Source: Saprolegnia diclina VS20 (Eukaryota). Taken from it: a stretch of DNA of 64,000 bases. Position numbers and translations under genes: made by a program. The notes beneath the pieces are model-generated. The model ran no database searches. It had not been told where the DNA came from and saw only the letters and a program-made list of their open reading frames with translations. The stretch covers positions 571,315 to 635,314 of the forward strand of contig NW_008246071.1 of assembly GCF_000281045.1 (NCBI RefSeq), in the 5' to 3' direction. This document shows positions 22,619 to 33,990 of this stretch, piece by piece. Position 1 is the first letter of the stretch. Each line of letters begins with the position of its first letter.

Positions 22619-24790
22619 TCACCACACGACGCACTTGTGGGGTGGGTTCATGGGCGAGCCGACAGGACACTGGAACGTCTCGGCAAAGAGCGCCGAGTTC
22701 ATGAGCGGGCCATTCACGCGCCACTTGCCGGGCGAGTGTGGGTCGAGGCCGAGGAGGAGCTCTGCGTACGCATCCGACCGCTTCTCGCACCACGCCTGCG
22801 CAAAGGCCGTAAAGTACAACTTGGTCTCGTCGGTCGAGATCGGACCGGCTTGGGTGGCCGCATACGCCAAGTACGCGAGCTTGAGCCCGCCGTTGTCTGC
22901 AATGTTTTCGCCGAGCGTGAGGTGGCCATCGACAAATCCAATGCGCGTCGAGGCATCCAGCGACGTGACTTCAAACGCAGCGTACTGCGCCGCCAAGCAG
23001 TCGGCCTTGACATCAAACGTCTTGCTCACGGAGGGCGACCACCACATGCGGAGGTTGCCGTTCCCGTCGTAGTTGCGGCCTTGGTCGTCAAAGCCGTGCG
23101 TGAGCTCGTGGCCCATGACCATGCCGATGCGTGCATAATTCGCAATCGACGGCATTTCATGCGCAGAGTAAAACGGCGCCTGAAGGATAGCGGCCGGAAA
23201 CACCATCTTGTTGGCACTTGGGTCGTAGTACGCGTTGACGGTCGACGCCGAGAGGCCCCACGCCATCGGGTCCACGGGCGCCCCGATCGACGAGAGCGCA
23301 GTCGTCATCTCGTGCGCTTGGAGCTGCGCCATGTTGGCAAAGAAGCCGGTGCTGTTGAGCGGAAATGGCAGCGGCGGCGTGACGTCGGGGCCGCCCACGA
23401 GGTTGAAGATGTGATGCAGCTTGCGAAGCCCTTCTTTGCGCGTCGCGTCGTCAAGCCACGGCTCGTTGGCGAGGACGTTGCCCATGGCCGCCTCGATTTC
23501 AGTGATGAGCGACCGCGCAGCCAGTTTGGTGCTGTTATCCCAGACCCGCTCGAGGTAGTAGGACCCGAGGACCGCCCCCAAATGCGCTTCCGTGAGCCCG
23601 AGACAGTAGTTGGCCCGCGTCGAGGCGACGCCGAGGCCGCTGAGCGTCCCATGAAACTTGTGGCTTGCGGCGCGAAAGTGCTCGCCGAGCAGCGGGCTCT
23701 GGCTGTCGATCAAGCGGAAGCTTACATACTTGATGAGCGTGCTCAAGTCGACGTCGTCACTGGCCAAGAGCGCGGCCTGGGCTGCAAAGAACCCCGGCGT
23801 CGACACGACGATCGGCGCGTTGGAGTTTGCGAGCGTCTCGTAGACGCCCGCGCCGCGAAGGTACGCGGCAACGTGAGGCCATTTCACCTCGAGCTCTGCG
23901 AGCGAGAGCGCGTGGTACGTTGCCCACGGATCCCGGAGGTCGGCGTTGGCGATCGACATGGTCGCAAACGACGTCTCGAGCTTTAAGGGGCGGTGCGTGA
24001 ACGCTGTGACGTTGTGCCGGGCAAACGCATCGACAGTCGCCAAGCTCGTGACGTACTCGACAAACAAGGCAGTGTACTTGGCGCGCTTGTGTGCGTCTAG
24101 ATAGTAGTCTCGGCCTGGAAATGTAAGCCCGCCTTGCGAAAGCGAGAGCACGTTCGTGGTCGCGTTCTTCGGGTTGCCCAAAACCTCGAGGCTGAAGAAG
24201 GCGTCGACTCCCGACGTGCGGAAGAGGTCGCCAGCGTACGCGAACACGTCGTCCTTGGTCGTGAGGGCCGCGACGTGCGATAGCTGGCGTGAGACGGCAT
24301 CGACACCGGCATCGTCGACGTCGCCCACGGCAATGCACGACTGGTACAGCGGCCCGATCACCGGCGGGTTGGAGCGAACGATGGTCTCGATGAGCTTGGC
24401 GTTGGTGTCAGCGACAACGCGAAACGACGTGTCGACCGCGTTGGCATTCGACGGGATCGTAGCGTTCTCGAGCCAGCCGCCGCACGCGTAGCGGTAAAAG
24501 TTGTGGCACGGGTCGATGGCCTCGTCGCGCATGGCCGCGGTCGCGGTGAAGAACGCGTCATAGCGCGAGTCGAGAGGCGGCTCGTCGACGGTGACGATGA
24601 CGACGACAGTGTCGTTTTGCTCCTGGAGCGTGAGCACGCACCCGAGCGCCGCAAAGAGCGAGGCGACTGCGACAGCAAACGCCCAGCGCGCCCACGGGCG
24701 AGGGGCGCGACGCGACACCGTCGTCGGCTCGACTGCGCCGTACGCCGTGCGAAACGACATGGTGCCGAGCGGAATCGTGGTCGTCGACAT
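22619..24790 (-). CDS. M13 zinc metallopeptidase (neprilysin/ECE-like), type II membrane protein, intronless
   Basis: DPCHNFYRYACGGW, VNAYY, GHELTHGFD (HExxH), GENIADNGG, DPHSPGKWRVNG, CVVW terminus; TM segment near residues 37-55. Confidence 0.95.
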   Translation of the reverse strand: MSTTTIPLGTMSFRTAYGAVEPTTVSRRAPRPWARWAFAVAVASLFAALGCVLTLQEQNDTVVVIVTVDEPPLDSRYDAFFTATAAMRDEAIDPCHNFYRYACGGWLENATIPSNANAVDTSFRVVADTNAKLIETIVRSNPPVIGPLYQSCIAVGDVDDAGVDAVSRQLSHVAALTTKDDVFAYAGDLFRTSGVDAFFSLEVLGNPKNATTNVLSLSQGGLTFPGRDYYLDAHKRAKYTALFVEYVTSLATVDAFARHNVTAFTHRPLKLETSFATMSIANADLRDPWATYHALSLAELEVKWPHVAAYLRGAGVYETLANSNAPIVVSTPGFFAAQAALLASDDVDLSTLIKYVSFRLIDSQSPLLGEHFRAASHKFHGTLSGLGVASTRANYCLGLTEAHLGAVLGSYYLERVWDNSTKLAARSLITEIEAAMGNVLANEPWLDDATRKEGLRKLHHIFNLVGGPDVTPPLPFPLNSTGFFANMAQLQAHEMTTALSSIGAPVDPMAWGLSASTVNAYYDPSANKMVFPAAILQAPFYSAHEMPSIANYARIGMVMGHELTHGFDDQGRNYDGNGNLRMWWSPSVSKTFDVKADCLAAQYAAFEVTSLDASTRIGFVDGHLTLGENIADNGGLKLAYLAYAATQAGPISTDETKLYFTAFAQAWCEKRSDAYAELLLGLDPHSPGKWRVNGPLMNSALFAETFQCPVGSPMNPPHKCVVW

Positions 24791-24924
24791 GCGTGTGTGG
24801 CTGCTACTTGCACTCTGGCGGTTCTCGCGTCGCTTGAGCTCTGTAACCGATGCCCATCAGCCGAAAGGGCGCCGACGCGTTCGCGCCACTCAAGTTGGTC
24901 GTTGCACGATCCTTCGCATTACTG

Positions 24925-25590
24925 TTACTCGAAATCGCTGTCCGAGAGGTCGTCCAGCGCCCAGTCGTCGCGGTCGCTGGCTTCTTCGAGAAACGCATGC
25001 TCTACAAACCGGCGCGTTTGAGTTGTCGAATCGAGGAAAGGCGCACCGCTGCAAGTGTCCCATTCGAGTGCGGTCGCCAGGATCTTCTTGCCGTATCCCT
25101 GCGCTGATCGGCGTGGCGGAAGCACCGCGACTTCAACCTGTGCTGGCGGCGTCGATGGCCGCGCGGCGAGCGTACCAATGTGGGACAATACGCACATCTG
25201 CGAGGCGGGCGACAACACGATCGGGTTCCCACCAGAGAGCGCTTCGTCGGATGCTTGGGCAAGCATGAGCCCATCGAGCGTATCGTCCGACAAGGGCGGC
25301 TGACGATCGTAGCTGTCTTGGCCTTGGCTGCCATGTGGTGCGATGATAGCGTTCATGGGCGCAAGCTGTGTTGCATCGTCATCCGTGCTTATCATACCAG
25401 CAAAGAGGCTGCGCGGTTGGCCTGTCGTCATCATGTGTGGGGGCAGTGAGAAGATGGCATCGACGTCGTCGCCAAAGAAACATGGCGACTCGGCCTCCTC
25501 GGGCGACGACGAGGCCATGACCGTGCAGTCGCTGTCGTCGGCCGCAGTCGGGCTGCAGTCAAGCCGCGGCCGCTTGCGCTCAGGGCTCAT
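24925..25590 (-). CDS. Hypothetical acidic low-complexity protein with NLS-like RKRPRL
   Basis: Open frame of about 220 aa with coding-like composition filling the space between two genes; start uncertain. Confidence 0.5.
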   Translation of the reverse strand: MSPERKRPRLDCSPTAADDSDCTVMASSSPEEAESPCFFGDDVDAIFSLPPHMMTTGQPRSLFAGMISTDDDATQLAPMNAIIAPHGSQGQDSYDRQPPLSDDTLDGLMLAQASDEALSGGNPIVLSPASQMCVLSHIGTLAARPSTPPAQVEVAVLPPRRSAQGYGKKILATALEWDTCSGAPFLDSTTQTRRFVEHAFLEEASDRDDWALDDLSDSDFE

Positions 25591-25693
25591 GTAGCACTCG
25601 TCCATCCAAGTTGCGTTCTTTGAGATTTCCACCGCCGATCGTGGCAGTTACACGCACTTGGTATTTAAATAAAAAAAGTCAAAATTGCGCTGC

Positions 25694-27521
25694 ATGAGCC
25701 CCGAGTCGCGACCAAGCCGGCGGCAGCACGGCCGCGATGGCTTGGACGTGATCCAGAACCACGTTCGCATCTCGCTCGAGCGCGTGCATCGCGCGCGGTA
25801 GCTGCCTGCCTCTCGCCCAAGGTCTCAGGCTGGCATAGGCTCCAGGGCCCAAAGCCGCACCGGCCAAAAGCCCACGTGGAAGAGCCCGTGCAAGTCGCGG
25901 CGCTGGGCCAGTATCTCGAGGCCAAGATGAAGGTCTCGGCGACGTCCCATGCAGAAACTGTGGCAGCAAGCCCGCGCCGCCACCTCCACGGTTCGGACAG
26001 CTCGTTTGGGGTATACTTCCACGTACAACGTGTGTACGTCGACCCATATTGGCAACTAGCTCGAGTTCAAGCTGAGTCGCGTTCTGAAGCAGCGCAAGCG
26101 GCGCAGTGGCATGCACGTTGCCAAGCCAAACACTGACCAGCGCTCCAAGCTGGCCGCGATCAAGTCCCGGAACGGCGCCGCCGCGCAGGCCGTTGTCGCG
26201 CAGCACCGCGAGCGGGAATACAATGACAACCCGCTCGGTTTGAGCGAGAACGTGCTCTTCGCCTTTCGCGCTGGTGGCGATCCTCTCTCGTCGTTCGCAC
26301 TCACCATTTCAGTGGTAGTTGCCCATGTGTGGCTTGCGCGGAAGCGGCGCAAGGACCGCGCGATGCGAGAGAACGTCACCAACAAGCTCATCTTGCATCA
26401 ATCCCGCCCCAAGGAGCTGTCGCCAGCCGTCTTTGACATAATCAGCAAGAGCTTTGTGACGCCCGTGCCCGCGCTTCAGTTCTTTGACGCCGAAGCCGCC
26501 GACATGCCGCCGATCCAGCCCCGCAACGTCATCCCGACCCGAAGCGGTCTCGTCCCAAGCTCCCCAAGCGCGACACCCATGCGTCCGACCAAGCCGTCGA
26601 CGGCACCCGCAACACTCACGCCACGCGGCATTTGCTACACGATCGACAGCAGCGGGCACCGCCAGAGCAAGATGCAACACAACACCGACCTTGGCACACC
26701 GCGACGGTACTTTCGACCGAGCATCGCTATTGAGCCCGATGGGATGCGAGTGTAGACCCCGACCACTCTACGCGTCCAAGCTCGCTACGTCCATGGACGA
26801 TGCGGTCATGCATACGCTCAACAAACGGTCGCGCTAACGTGACACCCTTGGATACCATACCGTTTTAGGCTCAAACTGCGCATGGCCGCCAAGAAGCAGC
26901 GCATCGTCGACATCTCGGATGCGTTTGGGAGCAACCAAGACCACCTCAAGCTGAACCTCTCGGCCAAGCTCGGTGCGTACGCTTGTCGATGGCAGCCAAC
27001 GCGTGGATGTAGCCATGCACTGGGCCGAGCGAGAACACTTGCATGCGTCCAAGCTCGAAGCGGCGTGCCTCAACGACACCAACTTGCCGTCGTTTCAAGT
27101 GAGTAAGGACCAGCACCTTGGTCGACTGCGCGTGCAGAAGGCGCGGCTGCTCGAGCTCTGCACCGTACGCTAACTGCGTCAAACGAGAAATCCTCAAGTC
27201 CTACGGTCGCAGACGCTCAGTATCTTTGGCGCGATGCTGCGGGCCCACGAAGACGCCCGCCAAGAGATGACGCGGTCCGAGCTGCACGTGCTCTCGCTCT
27301 TTCGGATTGTGATTGAAAACAACTGCGTCCTGACACCGGTTGTCATCCAGGGCATTGCGTCCCAGCTCTCGAGCGCGGACCTCGCCTGTCCCCGAGTCCA
27401 GGTAGCCTCGTCTCCTCCATCTCATACTGTCGCTAGCGTACTACGTTAGGCGCTCTTCTCCATCATTGCCAACCGCATGGGCCAAGACGCACTCGCCACG
27501 ACAAGGACACGCGTGGGCTAA
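25694..27521 (+). CDS. Hypothetical protein, many short exons
   Basis: Coding-like segments linked by short GT..AG introns (MSPESRPSRRQ..., RMAAKKQRIVDISDAF, RSELHVLSLFRIVIENN, ALFSIIANRMGQ...TRVG*). Confidence 0.5.
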
Positions 27522-27541
27522 TATCATCAAGTCGATTTTTG

Positions 27542-28491
27542 CTACTCAATGTGCGTTGTCTCGGCGGTCGGTGCCATCGGCCTCGCCAGCGGGACGTACG
27601 CCGCCCGCGACGTGTGGCAGCCGACATAGACGACAGCGACTACACTGGCAAATGCAGCGACGACGCTGGCGACGACCGCAGCCCAGATTGACACCGGCAA
27701 GTCGGTCGTCCAGAGCGCACTGTCCGTAGCGCGCTCGGTCGAGAGGATGTAGCCCTTGCACTTGGCGTTGTTGGTGTTGCGCGTCTGCAGCGTGTAGCTA
27801 GCCAAGGACCATTGGATCATACAGAGACGCGAGAGAGACCAAGCGCAGTACCACTTGGCGATGCTCTGCGACTGCACGTCGACGAGTTGGTCGCGCGCCT
27901 CGTCCCATTGCCCAACGCTGTGAAAGATGCCGCTCGAGAGGTTTGTGAGCGTGCCTTCTGTGATAAAGTGATACGTGGACTGCGGCTCGGTCCAGACGAC
28001 GATGACGCGGCCGCTCTGGTGGCGTGTCTTGAGCGCCCGTGTCGCGCGGCACTCTTGTGTCGTGCACGTTGCGTCGTGGAAGCGCGGCCATGACGTGAGG
28101 TTGTACGCGCCGACAAGCGGCGCCGTCGCGCTCACGTGGCGACAGCTCTCAAACCTACCATGTACAAGTGAGATCGTAGAGGACCGGTCGTGGCATACCG
28201 CGCACGCAGGCCATCGGCCGAGACACACCGGGGCCGGGCGTGGCCAGCAGCGACGACGTGGTGGCCGAGACGGAGGTTGGCGCAGACAAAGCCGTCGGCG
28301 CAGAGACAGTCGGCATCGCAGAAGACGTCGTCCATTTGCACGCGGCCGTCAACGGTGCAAACGCTGCGATCGACCGACGCGCTGCCGCACGCGTACGACT
28401 TGTACTGGCACACGTCGCAGGCTGTCGTCGTCGCTACCGTTGACGTCGGCAGAAGCAGACTACAGAGCGCAAGCAGCCGCAGACCGGCCAT
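27542..28491 (-). CDS. Putative type I membrane protein with signal peptide and Cys-rich ectodomain; one intron
   Basis: MAGLRLLALCSLLLPTSTVA signal peptide, Cys-rich N-terminus, C-terminal TM IWAAVVASVVAAFASVVAVVYVG and short tail. Confidence 0.65.
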
Positions 28492-28892
28492 GGGTCGGGT
28501 CGGAGGTGCAAGACGCCGCATCTTTGAAACTGGCAGGCAATCTCGGAACAGATCCGCGAACCCACTTCGTTTTCGAGGCTTCTTCGACGAGCAAGGTTAT
28601 GCGTTGGTGCCATGCTCCGACGACCAACTCAACCACGGTGCTGCTGGCAACTTGAGACCGCATCGAGTTAGTTGGTTGACTCATCCTTCTAGTACATGTA
28701 TTTCGTGCATGCATCGGGACGATGGTGCACGCTCCATGGCACCAGCTCCGTTAGGACATAGAAGTGTTCCATTGCGGCAGATACGTGGTGTGTAGAAGGA
28801 TCCAAGGTTATTTCCTCGCCCATCATCCCGCCAAAGAAGACGAAGTCGGCGTCGGTGGCTACAAGACTATGTTATATTACTTCGTCGTCGAT

Positions 28893-29342
28893 TTACTCCG
28901 ACGTCGTGGGGCGCTTCTTCTTGGGGCCACGAGGTAACCGGCAGCCGAGCGCGCGCTCAATCTTGGAGATGATGGCCGGGTTCGGGATCGCGCGGCCCGA
29001 CTCGTACTCGCCAATGACCTGCGGCTTCTCGTTGATGGCGGTCGCGAGCGCCTTCTGCGTCATGCCCTTGTCGAGGCGCGCCTTCGAGAGCGCCTGCGAG
29101 AGCGACCGGTCGACCGTGTCGTGCTTGAAGTTCTCCGTGTCTTCATCGAGCTTGCGCATGTTGCCAGCGGCGCCGTGGGCCGAGCGGTTGAGACCGTTCG
29201 TGTGCTTGACCTCGGTCGAGACGTTGCCGGCGCGGCGCGCGCGGTTGAGCGCGGCCTCCTTGGACTCGTTGCCGACGCGGCCACCGCTGCGGGCCTTGTT
29301 CCAGCCCTGGACCTCCCAATCTTGACCCTGCGCAAAGCTCAT
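28893..29342 (-). CDS. MBF1: Multiprotein bridging factor 1 (MBF1/EDF1)
   Basis: GQDWE, KLDEDTE, KARLDKGMTQKALATAINEKPQVIGEYESGRAIPN, KIERALG. Confidence 0.95.
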   Translation of the reverse strand: MSFAQGQDWEVQGWNKARSGGRVGNESKEAALNRARRAGNVSTEVKHTNGLNRSAHGAAGNMRKLDEDTENFKHDTVDRSLSQALSKARLDKGMTQKALATAINEKPQVIGEYESGRAIPNPAIISKIERALGCRLPRGPKKKRPTTSE

Positions 29343-30328
29343 CGTGTTCTTGTCTATCGATGGAAATTCGAAATGGTCGACTTCTGGCCGGTGGCTGTGG
29401 CGTCCGGATAACCCGGCGACGCTTCGAGTGATGGTCCCATTGGCTAAAATCGCACCGAAATTGGACGGAATTTTCCAGAAAATGAATTCTGGGGCCCGAA
29501 TTCTTTCGACCGCCAGGCGCGCCCTGTCGCTTTGTACCTCGAGACATCCGCCACCTGCGTCGCAGGCAAGGTCGATTGCTCGCGGATGGTGGCTGTACTC
29601 GAGCCAAGCAACCGAGGAAAGGGACATGGCGACCGCGCCGTTTCGTCCAAGGGGCACACGTTCTGAGCTGGGATTGGTTCAAAACAGCGAATAGCTTGCC
29701 TGTCGAAGATTGCATTTGAGCCAATCATGTGCCAGGAGTATGTATTTTTATAAATGGAATGCAATGCATACATTACACAAGGTTTCGTATATTATAGTAG
29801 AATGGATAAATACACGCAGTTTGGACGTGACTATGCACCAAGATCGTCCGACGCAAAATAAGCGACCCTTCTCCAGGAAGCCGCGCACGTCCTTCTCGCA
29901 TCCTCATGGCATGCGCGAAGCACATCGTCATCCACATGCAGATGCGTGGGGCAACGGTGTGACATGCATTGCGGGCGTTGAAACGATCTAGTCCCTATAG
30001 TCCTTTACTACCTTGAACTTGGTAAACTGAGCTTAGTCCATCGTATATTCAAGTAGACAGCGTCCATATTCGAATGCAAACTCGTCCTCCCTCGATGATG
30101 CGACGTGAGATGACGAATGAGCAAGTGTCGGTTCGCTCGTTTGGTGACATCTTTGTTGCCATTCATCCCTTGGATTGGCTGAAAAGGAAATCCTCCGAGC
30201 CAATCCACGTCGTTTGTTCGGCAGGCTTACAAACAGCAAGATCAAGATTGCGCAATACCCAAGATTTGGACAAAACGCCGGGACAAAATTCTTATTGCGC
30301 AAATCGGCGTCAATCAGAACGGGATCCG

Positions 30329-31491
30329 ATGGCCACTGAACGCAAGCCCGAGCGCGGCCTCTTGGCCAACATCGCGATCGCCGGCATGGCCACGTCGCTC
30401 GCCACGATTGGCTCCAACCCGATGGAGGTCGTCAAGACGCGCATGCAGCTCCAGGTACACCCATGCGACTGCAAGCATCGCCCTGATGATGTGCGCAGGG
30501 CGAGCTCGCCGCGACGGGTGCGCCTGTCGTCTACCGCAACTCGTTCCACGCCTTCTACACGATTGCCAAAGTTGAAGGCGTCCGCGGCATCCAGCGTGGC
30601 CTCGTGGCTGGCATGGCCTACCAGGTTTGACCCTTGGAATGATCCGTGTCTCATGGCAATGGCGATAGACCGTCATGAACGGCGTGCGTCTGGGCGGCTT
30701 TGAGCCGCTGCAAAAGATCTATGGTGCAACGGACCCGAACCACTACTCGTTCGTGCCACGCAACATGCTCGCGGGCGCGACGTCCGGGGCCCTTGGTGCG
30801 ATGCTTGGCAGTCCGTTCTTCCTCGTCAAGGCCCGACTCCAAGCCCAAAGCAACGCCACGACCATCAACGCGCAGTACCACTACAAGGGCACGGTAAGCT
30901 TCCTCGCACAATGCCAGCGTACTCATGCCCATGGCCATTAGTTTGATGGGCTTCGGCAAATTGTGGCCAAGGACGGCGTGGCGGGTCTCTACCGCGGCAT
31001 CAACGGCGCCATTCCGCGCGTGGCGGTACGACTTGAGCTCGTTTCGATGTAAAAAGCGATGTTGTTGCCCATAGGTTGGGTCGGCCGCGCAAATGTCGAC
31101 GTATGCGTCGTCCAAGCACCTCGTGCTCTCGTCCGGGCTCCTCGAAGACGGCATTCTCGCCCATTTTGCCGGTGCGTATTGCATCGACTTGCGCTGTAGA
31201 TCTGATATGTCTGGCTGTGCAGCGAGTCTTGTGACGGGCCTTGCGGTCACGACGGCCATGAACCCTTTCGACGTCGTCTCGACGCGCTTGTACAGCCAGA
31301 AAGTGGTGGACGGGAAAGGTGTGCTCTACGACGGCGTCGTCGACTGCTTCCGGAAAACCTTTGGCGCCGAGGGAGTCCGGGGCATGTTCAAGGGCTGGAC
31401 CGCCCATTACCTCCGCCTCGGGCCGCACACCATCTTTACCTTTGTGTTTTGGGAGCAAGCCAAGAAATTGGCCACGAGCCTCGGCGTTTAG
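30329..31491 (+). CDS. Mitochondrial carrier, OAC1/SLC25A34-35-like; multi-exon
   Basis: [64 protein letters not shown]. Confidence 0.9.
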
Positions 31492-31728
31492 GAGTCGATT
31501 GTATCTACGTTCTTAGATAACAAATGTCATATTCGTCAGTGGCAATCGTGAGAGTGTACTGCCTCGATGCCCCTGTGCTGTCGTGCAATGCTGTGGTCGA
31601 TACTAGAAGCGCCAAGGTGCACACAGTGAAAACGCATTTTAATCTCATAAAATCGTTGGTTATGGCGCGTTCGGCAAGTGCGGCATGCTAAAAAAAGGCA
31701 TATTCTTAGTGACCAAGCGAGACGCAGT

Positions 31729-33571
31729 ATGTTTCCAGTCGCACCGTTGCCGGTCGACAGCCCACGGCTTCCAGCAGCGACGCGAGCCTTCTCCGTGAAA
31801 TGGAACAAGGTGTCGCTCGTGACGAGCTTGCTCATGCTGCTCAACATCGCCGCGATGGTGCGCTTGTTATGCTGCTCAACGAATATCTGATGTCATGCGT
31901 AGCCGATGAAGGCGTACTTTTCCGAGGAGTTTCCATGGCAGAGCGACGATGGTCCAGTGCCCGTCTTTGGCAACCTCGCGGCGGATGATCCTGCGTACCT
32001 CGCTTTGATGCAAACCCTCTTCAACCGTGTGACGCTCGCCGGTCGACCTTCCTTCGTCTACAACGCCACGCTGCGCTGCGACATTTTCCGGGGTCGATTG
32101 GACCTGCGACACAAGCGCCCAGTGCCTCTCGACGACTGCGTGTCGTTCTACTATGGCACGCCGGGCTTGATGTTTTATGCGCCGTCGCTCTTGGACGCGC
32201 TGTGTCCGCTGGCCGCTACCGACCACCGCAACGCCACTTGGCCGGACGAAATGACGTGGCAGTCGCATGGCGGCTGCGAGGTGGTGATGCTTCTTGGAGT
32301 TCACTTATCCCAAGGCTGCCTCTGGCTTGACGTCGGCGACGATCTCAATAATGGCACCAGCCCTCCGACGCCCGGTGTCTTTACACTCACGTACGCGTTC
32401 CAACGCCCCAAGTACTTCAAGTGGCTCTGGTTCAAGTTTGTGTACCGCCTTGGTTTGATCGCTTATGTCGTCTGGGTCACGTACGCCCGGTACTATGCGC
32501 ACTGTGTGGCGTTGCGTGCAATTCTTGTCGCCAACGGCCACCGCGTCCCTCGCCCGAGTCCCGACTGGAGCTACGAGCTTCTGATTGGCGATCCGACCGC
32601 GCTTGTCCTCTCCGACCCAATCGTATGCACGCTGTTTTTTGTCGATATTTGGCTCAGCACAGGGGTTGCGGGCGTCGCCTTGTCCCGCGCAATGCAAGTC
32701 GAAGATTTCTACTACACATTTCTGTCCTTACTGTATCTTTCGCGCATGGTGTGTACCATTTCGTCATGTACACAACGTCGTATTGTCTGGTGTTAGGTCT
32801 GGCTCGCCTACCTGGCCCTGTGCCTCCTTAGCAAAGTGCTCAAGCGGTACCACAAGGAGAACTATTTTCGCGAGCTCGACAAGACGCTCGTTGCGATTGG
32901 CATTTTCCTCAGTTTCATCCCATTCACGTACGTGCAAGCCAACACGCCGATGGTGCACGTGTACCTTTGGCTCTCTTGGCTCTTGCCCACCAAGGACCCA
33001 AGGACCCAAATCGACGTCACCCTTGGCGGTGGGCTTTTCACACTGCTCATTGCAAACTTTCCCGTCATCTTTGGACTTGTCTCGCAGCGCTTTCGTACGC
33101 AATGTATCAACGAATACGTTTGACGCGGAAATCGTAGCGCGACGGCACCACCGTGTGGCCACGCAGCGCACGCGGTTTGCGAGCCAAACGTTCAATGGCT
33201 TCAAGGCCCGAGTCATTTTGTACCTGGCGCGGTACTGTGCGCCCAAGCAGCGCAACGTTGTCGAGTCCGGCGGCTCGATTTACGCGGCGCTGGCTGCCGA
33301 CGCCTGCTACAAGCAGTGTCCGACCATGGGTCTCCGCAGCGTCGACTGCTTCCTACTTTGCAAACGTCAGGGCATCCCGCGGCACATGATTCGACTCAGC
33401 CTCGCGTCAAGCCTCGACCGCAACCTCTTGAACCCAGCACTCGCGATCACCGAAGACACTGCGAAAGCTGGCACGACCGTCTTTGGCCACATCAACTCGG
33501 TGGCCCTTGGACCACAATCGCGCACCTTTACGCTCCAGCGAGGCAGCGTCCAAAGCGCGTGGCTAGCGTAA
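31729..33571 (+). CDS. Multi-pass transmembrane protein of unknown function, paralog of 10838-12684
   Basis: Same motifs and equivalent intron positions as the paralog; ends QRGSVQSAWLA* versus QQGVVKSVWLA*. Confidence 0.8.
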
Positions 33572-33990
33572 GTTGGCTTGTTGGGACGATCGATTGGTCG
33601 AGAATCAAAGTACCTTGAGTATATGTAAGCTGGGTAAATGGACTACGCCAATAGTCGTTGCGACGTCCTCTCAAAAGAGAATACCGGAGTGGTCCACACT
33701 GCTTGTGATGTCATGGCCCAAAATACCTCTATATATCGATGCATATCTATTTATTTGAAGAGGTTTCTCAACATGTGTACTGGCTGGCACACTCCTCCGC
33801 ATGCAACTTCGTCTCCGTTGCTCCCTGTGTACTGCGATCAGTTCCCATTGCTGGGCACACACAAGCATAGAAATGATTGTTGTTTGCCAACCTACAAATG
33901 CATGACGATCTAGTGTCGTCTGGGTGGTCCGTTCCGAGGGTGGAGTGGGACCAGATTTAAGTCCAGATCGCACATTGCACTTTTTCAGCA

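Noticed and set aside
22553..23986. Long antisense ORFs (477 aa here; also 2081-3283, 35571-37190, 61525-62892)
   Set aside because: Shadow frames opposite well-supported genes, expected from GC-rich codon bias; no motifs.
29468..29488. Possible oomycete Inr/FPR core promoter upstream of MBF1 (TCATTTTC...AATT on - strand)
   Set aside because: Spacing deviates from the consensus as I recall it, and there are no TSS data.
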